A DNA stretch of 64,000 bases from Octopus sinensis (Eukaryota), in NCBI RefSeq assembly GCF_006345805.1, contig NC_043012.1:27652001-27716000 (forward strand), in the 5' to 3' direction. Positions 61,795-64,000 of this stretch are shown piece by piece (positions within the stretch are counted from its first letter, which is position 1; each line of letters opens with the position of its first letter). The notes below the pieces were generated by a model. It saw only the letters and a list, made by a program, of their open reading frames with translations. It had not been told where the DNA came from and did not search any database. The translations under genes and the position numbers were made by a program.

Positions 61795-62422
61795 GGCCAT
61801 AACCCGTGGCCCCTACCTGGGATGTAGTCAGTCCACCTGTGCATACCTTCCTTCTTGTGACACTTGTGAAGACCTGTTGAGGCAAGTGAAAATCAAAATC
61901 AAATCAAATCAAATCAAATCAAAACAAATCAAAATAGATGAACATCAATGGAATTTGTATCTTTGTGGTACCAGTGCCGGTGGCATACAAGAAAACCATC
62001 CGAACGTGGCTGTAGCCAGTACCGCATCGACTGGCCTCCGTGCTGTGGGCACGTAACAAACACCATCCGATCGTGGCCGTGCCAGCCTCGCCTGGCCTCT
62101 GTGTCGGTGGCACATAAAAACACCATCCGAGCGTGGCCGTCTGCCAGCCTCGTCTGGCACCTGTGTCGGTGGCACATGAAAAAAAAACACCATCCGAGCG
62201 TGGCCGTTCGCCAGCCTCGTCTGGCACCTGTGTCGGTGGCATATAAAATCACCCACTACACTCTCGGAGTGGTTGGCGTTAGGAAGGGCATCCAACTGTA
62301 GAAACACTGCCAGATCTGACTGGCCTGGTGCAGCCTTCGGGCTCTCCAGACCCCAGTTGAACCGTCCAACCCATGCTAGCATGGAAAGCGGACGTTAAAT
62401 GATGATGATGATGATGATGATG
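61795..62422 (+). mobile_element. RTE 3'-UTR-only copy with hairpin modules and (GAT)n tail
   Basis: Homologous to the reverse of 47610-48300; about 5 tgtgtcggtggcaca modules; ends ggacgttaaa(tga)n. Confidence 0.85.
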
Positions 62423-62956
62423 AAACCAGTTAGGTTTCAGACATTAGCTCTTCTAAACAAAAACTCATGGGAACATCAAAAAGTTCTGTTATCCTTAGAA
62501 TGCAGTATGAGTCATGCAAGAACTTTCTTGAATGTATAATTATATCAATCTCTTAGTAATGAAAGTGTGTGACACTAATTTTTCAGCAAGTACTACTGTA
62601 AGTGACAGTTAATTTTAGGGTGCTCTTTATGAATATGTCTATTTGTTGATAGAGAAAATGTGCTACATATACTACATTTACAAAAGTGTTTAATCTTGTG
62701 ATTGCATGTAATTTATTGTTGAAATAACAATATGCACTTAGAAAAAATTTACCTGAAAAAAGGTACACTATTAATTTCACTGTCATGAACAGTAGCATGG
62801 AATTCAGAAAAAGTGAAACCAGCAAAAGTCTTCCATCATGCGGGGTCAGCTCATACTTGATATTTTGTTTCAATACTTGTGATCACTTGATGAAATCTTT
62901 CGCCATGTTCCTCACTGATTTTGCCCAAGTTCAAAGGAAAGAAATCCAAATGACTC

Positions 62957-64000
62957 TAACCCTTTTGATATTAACCCGGCTGTAGCTGGCCAAAAAATTT
63001 TTTGGTTCATAAGACCAACCTGGCCGAGAGTACCAATTGTTATTTAAATGTGAATTTAAGCACAAATCTCGTTAGTACATTTGTGAAAATGCGTGATTTC
63101 ATTTTGTAAATAGTTGAGTTATAGTATCCGATATTGCTTGACGTGATATCTGAACTCAGTGAATTTTGGGAGATTTTTTTCCACTTTATTTTGGCATCGA
63201 TTTTTTTTAACTTTGAAAATGGATAGGAGTTTCATGTTATCAAGCAGTGATTCCAAATTTAAAGCTTTTTCAATGGAAAATATGGAGATATTGAGAAAAA
63301 GAACGAATGAGGTACAAAAGCATGTGGTGTACTAGGATGAATCGGATATTTCTGTATCTGAAACCGAAAGCAGCGATTCTGAAAAAACTGAAAGCAGCGA
63401 TAGCGACAGCAAAGACGATTTTACATCGGAATGAAGTAAAAACTTTAAAAATGTTTTTATTAGCAATTTTTCTGAGGAGATGGCGTCTATCCAAAGTCTT
63501 CCTTAGGAAGTGAAACCATTAGACTTTTATTTTTTTCAGTATGCTTGTTTGAGGCGATCACTGCGGAAACAAACTGTTACACAGAATGTAAACAAACAGT
63601 ATATGCCAGGAAAGGCCACGAAATGGGGGATCAAAGTTTGGAAAATTTGTGAAGCAAATACTGGGTACTGCTGTGGATTTAGTTTTTATACAGGGAAAAT
63701 AATGTTAGTCAGCATGGCCTAGGGAACGATGTGGTCTGGAATTTATCACTTCCATACCATAACCAGGGCCGTATATTATTTTTTTGACCAATTTCTTTAG
63801 TTCGGTCAAACTTGCGGTGGATTTAGGTGGATTCCAATTTATTTCACCTTTATGATACACCTGTGCATTAAATTCAACTGATAATCTAGTGATGTGCTCA
63901 ATTCTTCTATATCAAAACTTTGTTGCATACCCATTTGAATATTAGCTGCTGATTCATTTTCTATGGTGATGTTTAAACAAAATTTTAATATTTTTACCTT
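62957..64000 (+). mobile_element. Non-autonomous piggyBac, same family as 46591; runs off the window
   Basis: Very similar to 46591-47609 (QYMPGKATKWGIKVWKICEANTGYC identical). Confidence 0.9.

Overview
AT-rich, repeat-dense animal genomic DNA, most likely an octopod cephalopod (inferred from the SINE/RTE repertoire). It contains eight internal coding exons of nucleoporin NUP205 on the + strand (6226-61237), all with GT-AG boundaries and a continuous reading frame; the 5' and 3' exons lie outside the window. The large introns are packed with transposons: tRNA-derived SINEs, RTE LINEs (one near-intact full-length copy nested in a piggyBac), CR1-type LINE pieces, a HERO-type RLE retrotransposon, a Penelope-like element, several piggyBac copies, Tc1/mariner, hAT, Helitron-type elements and kilobase (TA)n tracts. 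The most striking structures are (i) a 1.79-kb Merlin/IS1595-family element that is almost entirely a palindrome (about 820-bp arms, 8-bp TSD), (ii) minimal hammerhead ribozyme motifs in Penelope-type repeats, (iii) arrays of hairpin modules in RTE 3' UTRs, and (iv) a 3' tail shared by the SINE and a CR1-type LINE. All calls are by eye; no database searches were run.
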